A stretch of DNA of 37,232 bases. Source: Gemmatimonadota bacterium. Lineage in GTDB: Bacteria; Latescibacterota; UBA2968; UBA8231. Numbering within the stretch: position 1 is the first letter of the stretch; each line of letters begins with the position of its first letter. Both the position numbers and the translations under genes were made by a program. The stretch is taken from the NCBI GenBank assembly GCA_038128265.1, contig JAYPJE010000012.1:1-37232 (forward strand). Direction: 5' to 3'. The notes beneath the pieces are model-generated. The model worked only from the letters and a program-made list of their open reading frames with translations. It did not search any database and was not told the DNA's origin. Below, one piece after another: positions 28,520-36,618 of the stretch.

Positions 28520-28539
28520 AGCGGCTTCGAATAGCCGCT
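28520..28539 (-). terminator. Short hairpin between the sulfatase and AKR genes
   Basis: AGCGGCT-N6-AGCCGCT followed on the minus strand by AT-rich TTAAAT; could be a weak terminator or a stabilising stem. Confidence 0.35.
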
Positions 28540-28549
28540 GGCAGGCATT

Positions 28550-29887
28550 TTAGCGCACATCAACCTCGGCAATCATGCCCTGCTGAAAGTCGATTTCCAG
28601 CCATGGATCGCCGGTTCGGTGGCGGAAGTCCAGCAGCTGCTGCCGCATCTGCTCGGCGACGGCGCGATGAGCCGGATCGTCGATTAGGTTGCGCGTTTCC
28701 TGCGGGTCGTCGACGATGTCGTAGAGCTCCTCCGGCGCGCGCGCTATGACGTGGCGCGTATCGCGCAGGCCCATCTGCGGCGCGTTGGTATCGCGCACAG
28801 CCGTCCAGGTGCGCGAGCGAAACAGGTCGGTGGGGAAGGCCGTGTCGAGACCGGCCGACAGGTGGCGGGCGAATTTGTAGCGGCGACCGCGCAGCACGCG
28901 GTAGGGGTTGTAGTCGACGATCTCGTGAAAGCAGTGCGAGAAATAGGTCTCGTCCCAGTCGGGCGCGTCGGGCTCTTCGAGAACGGGCAGGATAGACTGT
29001 GCGGGCAGGTCGTCGGGCGCGGGCACGCCGCACCATTCTTGCACGGTCGGCCGAATATTCGTCCAGTTGATAAGCGCCTGATGATGCATGCCGCGCCGCT
29101 GCAGGTCGGGCGTGCGAATGATAAAGGGACAGTGGTGGCCGCTGTCGAAAAACGAGGCCTTGGCGCCGGGAAAGGGCATGGCGTGGTCGGTGGTGACGAT
29201 GACCAGCGTCTCGTCGGCCCGGCCCGATTGGTCGAGGACGTCCAAGAGTAGACCGATGCCGTGGTCAAAGCGCGAGACGGCCTGGTAGTAGTCGGCTAGG
29301 TCGGCGCGCACCTCCGGCAGGTCGGGCAAGAAGTCGGGAACGACGACGTCTTCCGGGCGGTAGACCTGCTCGGGGACGCCGGGCCACGTCCGGTCGTTGG
29401 CAAAGCCGCGACCGGCCCGGTGTGGATCGGCAAAACCGACGTGCAGGTAAAATGGGCGGTCGCTGCTGTCGCGCAGAAAGGTGCGTGCGGCTTCGGCCAG
29501 TTCGGCCGGAGAGCGCGGATTGACCTTGGGTTCGAACTCAAACGGGTAAACCGACGCCGGCTCGACGTGCTTTTTGCCGATGCAGGCCGTGGCGAACCCG
29601 GCCGCGCGCAGGGCTTGCGGAGTCGACGTCATCGACTCGCTAGTGCGAAAGCCGTGTATGCCGTGGCAGTGACCGTACTGACCGTGCGTGTGGCTGTGCT
29701 GGCCGGTCAGAATGCAGGCGCGGCTAACGGCGCACGACGGCGAGGTGCAGAAGGCGTGGTCAAAGACGACGCCCTGCCGGGCAAAGGCGTCGATGCGCGG
29801 TGTTTTGACGACGTCGTTGCCGTAGCAGGAAGCGAGGCGCGACCAGTCATCGGCGATGAGAAAGAGCGCGTTTTTGTAGGTAGGCAT
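28550..29887 (-). CDS. Formylglycine-dependent sulfatase, sulfamidase (N-sulfoglucosamine sulfohydrolase)-like
   Basis: LFLIADD, SPSCAVSRACILTG, GKKH, DPHR, TDHAMPFP..K, EELYD..DP.E..NL; no signal peptide. Confidence 0.9.
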   Translation of the reverse strand: MPTYKNALFLIADDWSRLASCYGNDVVKTPRIDAFARQGVVFDHAFCTSPSCAVSRACILTGQHSHTHGQYGHCHGIHGFRTSESMTSTPQALRAAGFATACIGKKHVEPASVYPFEFEPKVNPRSPAELAEAARTFLRDSSDRPFYLHVGFADPHRAGRGFANDRTWPGVPEQVYRPEDVVVPDFLPDLPEVRADLADYYQAVSRFDHGIGLLLDVLDQSGRADETLVIVTTDHAMPFPGAKASFFDSGHHCPFIIRTPDLQRRGMHHQALINWTNIRPTVQEWCGVPAPDDLPAQSILPVLEEPDAPDWDETYFSHCFHEIVDYNPYRVLRGRRYKFARHLSAGLDTAFPTDLFRSRTWTAVRDTNAPQMGLRDTRHVIARAPEELYDIVDDPQETRNLIDDPAHRAVAEQMRQQLLDFRHRTGDPWLEIDFQQGMIAEVDVR

Positions 29888-29905
29888 AGTAGGCGTTCTC
29901 GCAGG

Positions 29906-30799
29906 CTAGTGCGCCGCTGTAGCCAGGCGCTCCTTCTGTTCTTCAAGCATCTTTTGCTGGCGTTTGACGCGCTCGGGAACGATCCGCTCGCGCTGTCCGG
30001 TGATTTGAAAGTCGAGGCGCTCTACGCCTAGGCCGCGCAGCACGCCCCGTTCGACGGGCGAAAAATCGGCGGGATCGGCGCGGTTAAAGTTCATGGGCTC
30101 TTTTAGCGATATGGGCGGATTGGTGATAAAGCGCGCGCGGCCCGAAGGGTTGTTTGAGGCGGCGTGCAGGACAAAGGGATGCAGTATGGCCACGTCGCCG
30201 ATCTGGCCAGTAAGTTCGACAAAGTCGGAGCAGGCGTCGATCAGGCCGCCGAACTGGCCGGGCAATAGGCCTTCGGGATGGGCCAGCAAATGGCGCGCGA
30301 CGACGGGCACCGAATCGCAGGCGACAAAGGTGCCGCCGCTCTGCGGTTGTATATCGGACCAGATGACAATGGTCAATAAACCCTGCTCGGGGCTGTCGAG
30401 AAAGTGGCGAAAAAAGTCGCCGTCTTTGTGCCAGCCGGGGCACTGGGGCGAGGGGGCCTGCCACGGCTCGTCGGCGCGCAGGTTAAAGTTGCAGATCAGG
30501 CCATCGCCCCACGATGGCTCATCGCCGGCGATGCGCTCGCTGCCGCCGGCCAAATCGCACAGCGCACTCCAAGCTCGGGGGGCCAACTGGCGAATGGATA
30601 CGTGGTTCATCGACGGCAGGTGCACGCGGGGCTCGCTCCACGTGGCCGGGTCGCTGGGGTCGTAGCCTAGGCGTTTGAACGCCAGGTCGGTCCACTCGTT
30701 GGCCAAGGTGCGATCAAAGCAGCCGCGCACGACGACGTAGCCCTTTTCGAGAAAGTGATCTATATCGCTCTGCGCGAGCGTTTGGTATGCGGGCGGCAT
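29906..30799 (-). CDS. PhyH-like Fe(II)/2OG dioxygenase
   Basis: FLEKGYVVV, GWHKD, GGT, GDVAILHPFVLHAAS, distal R; GGGAG RBS. Confidence 0.8.
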   Translation of the reverse strand: MPPAYQTLAQSDIDHFLEKGYVVVRGCFDRTLANEWTDLAFKRLGYDPSDPATWSEPRVHLPSMNHVSIRQLAPRAWSALCDLAGGSERIAGDEPSWGDGLICNFNLRADEPWQAPSPQCPGWHKDGDFFRHFLDSPEQGLLTIVIWSDIQPQSGGTFVACDSVPVVARHLLAHPEGLLPGQFGGLIDACSDFVELTGQIGDVAILHPFVLHAASNNPSGRARFITNPPISLKEPMNFNRADPADFSPVERGVLRGLGVERLDFQITGQRERIVPERVKRQQKMLEEQKERLATAAH

Positions 30800-30835
30800 G
30801 GGGTAGGCTCCCTGTGGCAGAAATCAAACGCAGGG

Positions 30836-30864
30836 ATGATAGAGGTGCGACTAGTGATTGTCAA
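30836..30864 (-). promoter_or_regulatory. Near-consensus sigma70 promoter for the PhyH-sulfatase-AKR operon
   Basis: Minus strand TTGACA-N17-TATCAT, about 36 bp upstream of ATG 30799. Confidence 0.75.
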
Positions 30865-30891
30865 CGCGTCGATATGGACTGCGTGCAGGCC

Positions 30892-30932
30892 GCGCGCACC
30901 GTTGGTCGGCGACTGCGGCCAACGGTGCGCGC
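30892..30932. terminator. Long hairpin downstream of phoX
   Basis: GCGCGCACCGTTGGTCG-N7-CGGCCAACGGTGCGCGC: 17-bp stem with one imperfect pair. Confidence 0.7.
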
Positions 30933-30973
30933 AACATAGGAGGGTATTGGTTTTGAGCAGGTCGCCTATGCGA

Positions 30974-32332
30974 TCATACCCACGGGCCGCGCACGGCCAG
31001 CGTGATGCCCGGGTTCTGTATGTTGACGTAGAGCGTTTGACCGTCGGGTGAAAAGACGGAGCCCGCAAACTCGGAGTGGTTATGGGCATTGTGGGCCAGC
31101 TGATAAAATTGGCCCTCGGGTGTGACGCCGACCAGGTACTGCTCTTCGGGTCCGTCTTCGCATAGGACCACATCGCCCCACGGAGAAACGGTTAGGTTGT
31201 CGGCCATGTCGACAATGCCGCCGTCGTTGGGTTCGACAAAGAGCTCCAGCTGGCCTGGTTTCTGGTCCTCGCCGGGCGTTCCCTCGGCGGGGCTGGGCAT
31301 GTAGCGCCAGACTTGGCCCTTGCGGTTGGGGCCGCCGCTAGTGCAGGCGAAGTAGATGGCCTCGCGACCGTACCACATGCCCTCGCCGCGAGCAAAGCGC
31401 GCCGCGCCCTGCTCAAAGCCGCGCAGGCGCAAATCGTCCTTGGGCGAGCGCACGTTTTCCATGTCGATCCAGCGCACCGACATCGGCTGGCCGGGCTGCA
31501 CCAAGAGTTCTTCCCAGTTGCGCGTATCTAGGCCGGGTGCGTCCTGCACGACCAGCGCCTGCAGGCGGCCGCCGGAGGCCAGCTGCCCCTTTTCGTTTGG
31601 TATATACCGGTAGATGAGGCCGTCTCCGCGGTCTTCCGTCTCGTAGACGATGCCAGACAGTGGATCGACGGCGACCGCCTCGTGGTTAAAGCGCCCCATG
31701 TCGCGCAGCGGCACGGGCTGTGCACGGCCGATTTCACTGCGCGCCGGCACTTCGAAGTTGTAGCCGTGGTGCTGCTCGTACAGCTCGTCAGCCAGCTGCA
31801 CGGACTCTTCGCAGGTGATCCACGAACCCCACGGGGTCGGGCCGCCGGCGCAGTTGCGCACGGTGCCCGCCAGGCTTAGAAACTGTCGTTCGACCTCGCC
31901 GCTGGGGGCGATTACTGCGGTCGTCGTGCCGCCGAGAGCGGGATCTGTGCCGCGGCCCCAGTCGTAGAATTCTTCTTTGGGCACCTTGCCGACCCACTGG
32001 TTGTTCTCGCCAAAGGCTCCCGCTGCTTTGGCTCCCGCTGTCAGCTCGTGGTTGCGCACCAGCAGCGTGCGGCCGTTGGGTCCGGCGAACGTCGCCATGG
32101 CATCGGGTGCCCCGGGCAGCAACAGACCGTCGTCCATGGCGTCTCCCGTGCGCGAAAGGATGCGGTAGGAAAAGCCCTTGGGCAGGTCGAGGATGCCTTC
32201 TGGGTCGGGCAGCAAGGGGCCGTAGCCGTGCTCCACCGCTGAGGTATCGGCCCATAGGGCGTGGCGCTGCAGGCCGGCAAATCCCACCGTGACGGCCGCA
32301 GCTGCTTTGAGAAAGCGCCTTCTCGAAACCAT
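30974..32332 (-). CDS. phoX: Tat-exported PhoX-family alkaline phosphatase
   Basis: Tat motif SRRRFLK; VRNHE, RNCAGG.TPWGSWITCEE, GRFNHEA, RGEG, DNL, CED, EFAG..FSPDG.TLYVNIQ.PG; ATG 32332 has a GGAGA RBS (alternative start 32344). Confidence 0.9.
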   Translation of the reverse strand: MVSRRRFLKAAAAVTVGFAGLQRHALWADTSAVEHGYGPLLPDPEGILDLPKGFSYRILSRTGDAMDDGLLLPGAPDAMATFAGPNGRTLLVRNHELTAGAKAAGAFGENNQWVGKVPKEEFYDWGRGTDPALGGTTTAVIAPSGEVERQFLSLAGTVRNCAGGPTPWGSWITCEESVQLADELYEQHHGYNFEVPARSEIGRAQPVPLRDMGRFNHEAVAVDPLSGIVYETEDRGDGLIYRYIPNEKGQLASGGRLQALVVQDAPGLDTRNWEELLVQPGQPMSVRWIDMENVRSPKDDLRLRGFEQGAARFARGEGMWYGREAIYFACTSGGPNRKGQVWRYMPSPAEGTPGEDQKPGQLELFVEPNDGGIVDMADNLTVSPWGDVVLCEDGPEEQYLVGVTPEGQFYQLAHNAHNHSEFAGSVFSPDGQTLYVNIQNPGITLAVRGPWV

Positions 32333-32366
32333 ATTTTCTCCCATGCGGTTTAAATGTGCTACGGTA

Positions 32367-32395
32367 AATATGTGGAATAGCGCGCTTTCTGTCAG
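32367..32395 (-). promoter_or_regulatory. Putative promoter for phoX
   Basis: Minus strand CTGACA-N17-CATATT. Confidence 0.35.
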
Positions 32396-32540
32396 GGCAC
32401 GTTCCGCACGGCGGTAGTAAACGACGCGTTCCCTTGGTCGCGCTGCACGGCCGCCGCAGCCGATTGGGCTAGGGGTCTGGCGACTATATGCACGCTAATC
32501 AGGCGCCAATACGCGAGCGCACCGCGCTTTTCTCGCCGCA

Positions 32541-32570
32541 TTGACAGTCCGCGCGACCCCGGTTTAGATT
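32541..32570 (+). promoter_or_regulatory. Putative sigma70 promoter for the PhyH-like/cupin genes
   Basis: TTGACA-N18-TAGATT. Confidence 0.55.
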
Positions 32571-32713
32571 AGCCGCCACGCTGCGCACGTGCGCGCCCCG
32601 TTGCCCCTGTGTGCACTCATATCACAACTCGCTGCGCGCATGGTACGCGTTGCCATGCGCACAGAGACCCACCCGCTTTTCGAACGAGAACCTACATACT
32701 GCGAGGTGAGCGC

Positions 32714-33898
32714 ATGACCGAATCGACCGCCCAACCCTATCGCGCCCCGGCCTTTGCCGACTTTAATCCGGAACACGCCGCACCCGGCGCTACGCCCGAG
32801 CGTTTGGCCTATTTGGAAGAGCACAGCTTCGTCATTGTAAACGACTTTGTCGATAGCCCGTGGATACCTGTGCTGCGCGAGGCGGGCCGCCGCCTGACGC
32901 AAGCCAGCGCGCCCGAATTGGGCTATAGCCAAGTCGACCTGTCAAAGGGCTATGTGCATCGGGCGAAAGAGGACGAGCCGTGGGCCATTCGCGGGCTTAT
33001 TCACCCGGCCCTTGGCGAGCCGAGCTTTGCCGAGTTTCACGGGTCGGACGAGATGCTCAACTTTGTCGACTCGTGGTGCGGCGGACTGGGCCCGGAAGAG
33101 CTGACGCTGAGCGGCATGCTGCTGTGGTGCAATCCACGCCGCAGCGAGCACAAGCTCGGCTGGCACCGCGACGTGACCTGGTGGGGCGATGGGCGGCCCT
33201 ATTTTTCACAGGAGAGGCGCGAGGAGGGCGTAGAGGCCTACAGCGAAGAGGTCGAGCGCGCGCGCTGGGAAGAAATCCGCGCCAACAACGCCAAGGCCGT
33301 GCACGAACGCAACGGCGTTAGCATGTTTTTGGCGCTGACCGACGACGAGTGCCACGAGCTGATTCCCGGCAGCCACAATCGCTGGCGCACGCCCTTTGAA
33401 CACGATGTTCTATTGCCCAAGAAAATGAAAGACGCCGGCGTGCCCTATACGCCGAGCTGGGACGGCGAAGGGCCGCTGCCCGATCAGGTTGCCGTGCGTC
33501 TGCGCGCCGGTGAGGCGCTCATACGCATAGGGTCCAATATTCACACGGGTCATACCGTGCCCGAGCGCGAGCGCAACACGCTATCAATTGGTTGGTCCAA
33601 GTGGAAAGGGCCGTCGGACGAACCGCCCAAGGTCGCCGATGCGCGCAGCGCCTGGCAGCTCGATCCGGCCGTGCGCGATGCGCTGCCGCATGCATGGATG
33701 AAGACGGCGTGGGATCGCTGGGCCGCTACGCAGAAACTGGGCGATGCGCTCGAAGATCGCTACGCGCCGTTTGATGTCCGCCAGATCAAGTCGGGCGCTT
33801 TTGCCGGCTGGCGCACCGAGCTGGAGCGCCGGGCGTCCGAGTTGGGTGAGGCTTGGGAGCCGTATCAGACGTTGGAGGGTAAAAAGAGCAGTGCATAG
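32714..33898 (+). CDS. Divergent PhyH-like Fe(II)/2OG dioxygenase
   Basis: GWHRD, LIPGSH, LRAGEAL...IHTG, distal R; ATG 32714 has a GAGGTG RBS. Confidence 0.72.
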   Translation: MTESTAQPYRAPAFADFNPEHAAPGATPERLAYLEEHSFVIVNDFVDSPWIPVLREAGRRLTQASAPELGYSQVDLSKGYVHRAKEDEPWAIRGLIHPALGEPSFAEFHGSDEMLNFVDSWCGGLGPEELTLSGMLLWCNPRRSEHKLGWHRDVTWWGDGRPYFSQERREEGVEAYSEEVERARWEEIRANNAKAVHERNGVSMFLALTDDECHELIPGSHNRWRTPFEHDVLLPKKMKDAGVPYTPSWDGEGPLPDQVAVRLRAGEALIRIGSNIHTGHTVPERERNTLSIGWSKWKGPSDEPPKVADARSAWQLDPAVRDALPHAWMKTAWDRWAATQKLGDALEDRYAPFDVRQIKSGAFAGWRTELERRASELGEAWEPYQTLEGKKSSA

Positions 33899-33927
33899 AA
33901 AAAAAGTGACGCATAAGGGGGAATCGT

Positions 33928-34332
33928 ATGGCTGATTGGATGGTTAACCAGGGCGACGTAGAGGTAGAGCATCAGGTTTGGCACTGGCAGGACCAGACCT
34001 ATGAGCGCTATCGCCAACACCTTTCTGTTGCGCTGGGTAACACCGGTGATGCCCCTCACCCGTTTGATGTCGAGTTGACGCGCGTGCCGCCCGGCGCTCG
34101 GCCGTGCCCGGTGCACGCACACAAGGAGCGCTGGGAGTTTTTTATCGTCGTCGAAGGCCGGGCGCGTGTGGAGCGCGATGGCGAGGAAGTGGAGGTAGGC
34201 CAGGGTGCTTGCTTTATGCAGCCGGCCGGCACGCGGCATCGCATTCGCAATGCCAGCGATGTGGACGACTTGGTGTTTTACGTCATCGCCAACGAAGTAG
34301 AAGACGAGACGACGGAACGCGTGCGCGCGTAG
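33928..34332 (+). CDS. Cupin domain protein
   Basis: VPPG...HAH...EFFIVVEG and PAGTRHRIRN cupin motifs. Confidence 0.88.
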   Translation: MADWMVNQGDVEVEHQVWHWQDQTYERYRQHLSVALGNTGDAPHPFDVELTRVPPGARPCPVHAHKERWEFFIVVEGRARVERDGEEVEVGQGACFMQPAGTRHRIRNASDVDDLVFYVIANEVEDETTERVRA

Positions 34333-34415
34333 CCAGTCTATCGAGTAGGATGCATACGGTCTGCTACTCGACGACGGTGTTGCGCGTCGCGCTGCCACCC
34401 ACTAGGAGGTAACAC

Positions 34416-34970
34416 ATGTCTGCTCGCTGCGCGGTTTTAATCAAACGCTGGACGATTTATTTGGCGGCGTTCACCGCTTTGGCATCGACACGCGCTCAGG
34501 CACAGGCCGGACACGGCGTGGGCTTTGTCGCGGGCTCTACGCACGGCATGGGGCTTTCCTATGCGCGCCAATATGCGAGTGGAATGGGATGGCAGGTGTC
34601 GGGCTTTCCCTACGTTTCCCCCGACCGGCGCGAACTCTTTGCCGGCGTGGCGCTGTTCAAGACGCTCAACGAGGGCAAGCGGGGGCGCGCCTTTGCTTCG
34701 ATGGGCATGAAAATCAACCACCACTACGAGCGCTATGAACGCTGGGACTGTCGGGTGCCGTTTCCCGAAGAGCCGACAAAAGATGCCTGTGGCTATCAGA
34801 CTACGGAGCGCAACGTGCTGGCGCTAGGGCCGGGCGTTGGCTTGGAAGTGCGCTTTTTAGAGAACTTCGCAATCTATTTGGATTTTCCCGCCGCTCTTTA
34901 CGTCGACTCGGACGCAGAGGGCTTCTCCGTGCGACCGATACCCAACTTCGGCCTATTCTATCGCTGGTAG
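34416..34970 (+). CDS. Small exported protein, probable outer-membrane beta-barrel
   Basis: AGGAGG RBS; signal peptide ending AQA; Gly/aromatic alternating strands; C-terminal FGLFYRW. Confidence 0.65.
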   Translation: MSARCAVLIKRWTIYLAAFTALASTRAQAQAGHGVGFVAGSTHGMGLSYARQYASGMGWQVSGFPYVSPDRRELFAGVALFKTLNEGKRGRAFASMGMKINHHYERYERWDCRVPFPEEPTKDACGYQTTERNVLALGPGVGLEVRFLENFAIYLDFPAALYVDSDAEGFSVRPIPNFGLFYRW

Positions 34971-34978
34971 GTGACTCC

Positions 34979-35015
34979 GCGCCGGACGCCGTCTCGCCGA
35001 CGATGCGTCCGGCGC
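34979..35015. terminator. Hairpin between convergent genes (possible bidirectional terminator)
   Basis: Perfect 11-bp arms GCGCCGGACGC / GCGTCCGGCGC with additional inner pairing. Confidence 0.65.
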
Positions 35016-35039
35016 AGAGTGCCTATGACCAGCACCCTC

Positions 35040-35447
35040 TCACGACAGCAGCACGAGTGCGACCAGGGCAAATGCCACGCCGATGCCCTGCTTGAGCGTG
35101 ATGTACTCGCCGAGAAAAACGTGTGAGATAGCGATGACGACCAGCGGATAGAGGGCCGTTATCGTTACCACGACAGACGCTTTACCCTTGCTGATGGCGT
35201 GCAGAAAGAGCAGCGTGCCTATAAACCCAGCGGCGCCCGTGGCGACGGATAGGGCAATACCGGCCGAGTGTACTTGCGGCTTAAAGTCCATTCGGGCCAA
35301 CACCGCCAAGCCCACTAGTAGCGCACCGAGCGCTTCGTAGACGAGGATGCTCTTGGGATCGAGATGGCGCGAAGCGAGTTTGGGCAACGCGCCCCACACA
35401 CCCCACACCAGCAGCGCGCCGATGGCGGGAATGAGCCACGCGCTCAA
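35040..35447 (-). CDS. EamA/DMT family small transporter (single repeat)
   Basis: WGVWG..PK, GKASVVVTITALYP, FLGE.IT..QGIG; TTG start with GGAGG RBS overlapping the upstream stop. Confidence 0.85.
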   Translation of the reverse strand: MSAWLIPAIGALLVWGVWGALPKLASRHLDPKSILVYEALGALLVGLAVLARMDFKPQVHSAGIALSVATGAAGFIGTLLFLHAISKGKASVVVTITALYPLVVIAISHVFLGEYITLKQGIGVAFALVALVLLS

Positions 35448-36421
35448 TTGCCTCCTTTATTGACCGCTTCGATCATCGCGATGATATAGCCGAATTGAAA
35501 GGCCCATGCTTGGCGCACGCGGCCCGATACGCCTTCGGGTGCCTGATCGTCGGGATGGCCGGGGGCGTGGTCGGGCATCAGCATATAGGGGTATTCGACG
35601 TCGCGCAGCACGCGCGCGATTTCGTACATATCGAGATCGCCCTCGTCGGGCCACACTTCCTGAAATTTGTGCAATCCGCCGCGAATGTTGCGATAGTGAA
35701 TGTTGAATATCTTCTTGCGCTCGCCGAAGTAGCGGATGATTTCGTAGAGCTCCTTGCCTGGGTCTTCAAGGCCTTCTGACGCTACTCCACAGCAAAAGTT
35801 AAAGCCGTGATTGGGGCTATCGACCAGCTCAGAAAAGCGCTTGAGGCCGTCGAAGACCGGCCAGTTCCAGCGCTCTACGCCGCGCAGAACAGGCGCCGGC
35901 GGGTCGTCGAGATGGCTGGCTAACTGTACGTTGTTGGCTTCGGCGACGGGGATGACGCGCTCGAGAAAATAGCCAGCCCGATCGAAGCTCTCGTCGCGGC
36001 TGACTACGCCGGCTTCGCTGAGCGTCTCGTTGTCGTACTCTGCCATATCAAAGGTGCTGTAGCTGCTGCCACCGCGCCCGGGTGTGTTGGGCGTGCGCTG
36101 GTGAGACAGGACGCAAAAGTTGTAGTTGATGCCGCGCAGGCCCGCCTTGCCGACGGCTTCGATAACCTTGCAGTATTCTTCGATATCGCGATCGCGCTGG
36201 GGGTCTTGCGCTAGCGTGATACTGCGCGCCGGATCGTGGTGGATCATCTCCAAGCTGACGCCCTCGTCCGCCGCTTCTTGCCTGTGGCGGGTAAGCGTAT
36301 CGGCGTCGTTGCTGTCAACCATGGCGTCCATGTGCGTGACGCCGTGGCGCGTGAGAAACTGCAGCTCCACTTTTGAGGTGCCGATGCCTTGGACCCCTAC
36401 GTGCATTTTTGCATTGCCCAT
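35444..36421 (-). CDS. uxuA: Mannonate dehydratase-like protein
   Basis: YNF, HLDDPP, NFCCG, IHYRN, EGDLDM, MPDHAP, AFQFGYI; AAGGAG RBS; substrate not established. Confidence 0.78.
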   Translation of the reverse strand: MGNAKMHVGVQGIGTSKVELQFLTRHGVTHMDAMVDSNDADTLTRHRQEAADEGVSLEMIHHDPARSITLAQDPQRDRDIEEYCKVIEAVGKAGLRGINYNFCVLSHQRTPNTPGRGGSSYSTFDMAEYDNETLSEAGVVSRDESFDRAGYFLERVIPVAEANNVQLASHLDDPPAPVLRGVERWNWPVFDGLKRFSELVDSPNHGFNFCCGVASEGLEDPGKELYEIIRYFGERKKIFNIHYRNIRGGLHKFQEVWPDEGDLDMYEIARVLRDVEYPYMLMPDHAPGHPDDQAPEGVSGRVRQAWAFQFGYIIAMIEAVNKGGN

Positions 36422-36618
36422 TTTTTACATCTCCTTTTTTTGCATTTCTGCCCGTGTGCAGTATGTGGAATGCTCTCTGGTTGCGCGGCATTCGCACGCG
36501 TACGCCCAATAGATTAGCTTATCTTGTGTCGCAGGGCCAGCGCGTCACATTTGACCATCTGGCAGTTGTGAAGTTGACGCCCACACAGCGGGATGCGTGC
36601 ACCGCGGAGAGAGGCACC

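Noticed and set aside
32345..32540. Pho box upstream of phoX
   Set aside because: I could not see 11-bp-spaced CTGTCAT-like direct repeats, only a single CTGTCA that fits a -35 element on the minus strand.
3923..33898. PhyH-like proteins as possible halogenases
   Set aside because: All three keep the HxD carboxylate (HQD, HKD, HRD), whereas Fe/2OG halogenases replace it with Ala or Gly.
16867..35015. Intergenic hairpins as a REP or CRISPR repeat family
   Set aside because: The hairpins share no primary sequence, are single copies, and show no repeat-spacer pattern or associated cas/transposase genes.
36530..36600. Possible metal-sensing riboswitch upstream of the terminal porin-like gene (GCGTCA...TGACGC inverted repeat)
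   Set aside because: The pairing is short and I could not match it to NiCo, yybP or cobalamin consensus features. An Rfam scan would be needed to revisit it.
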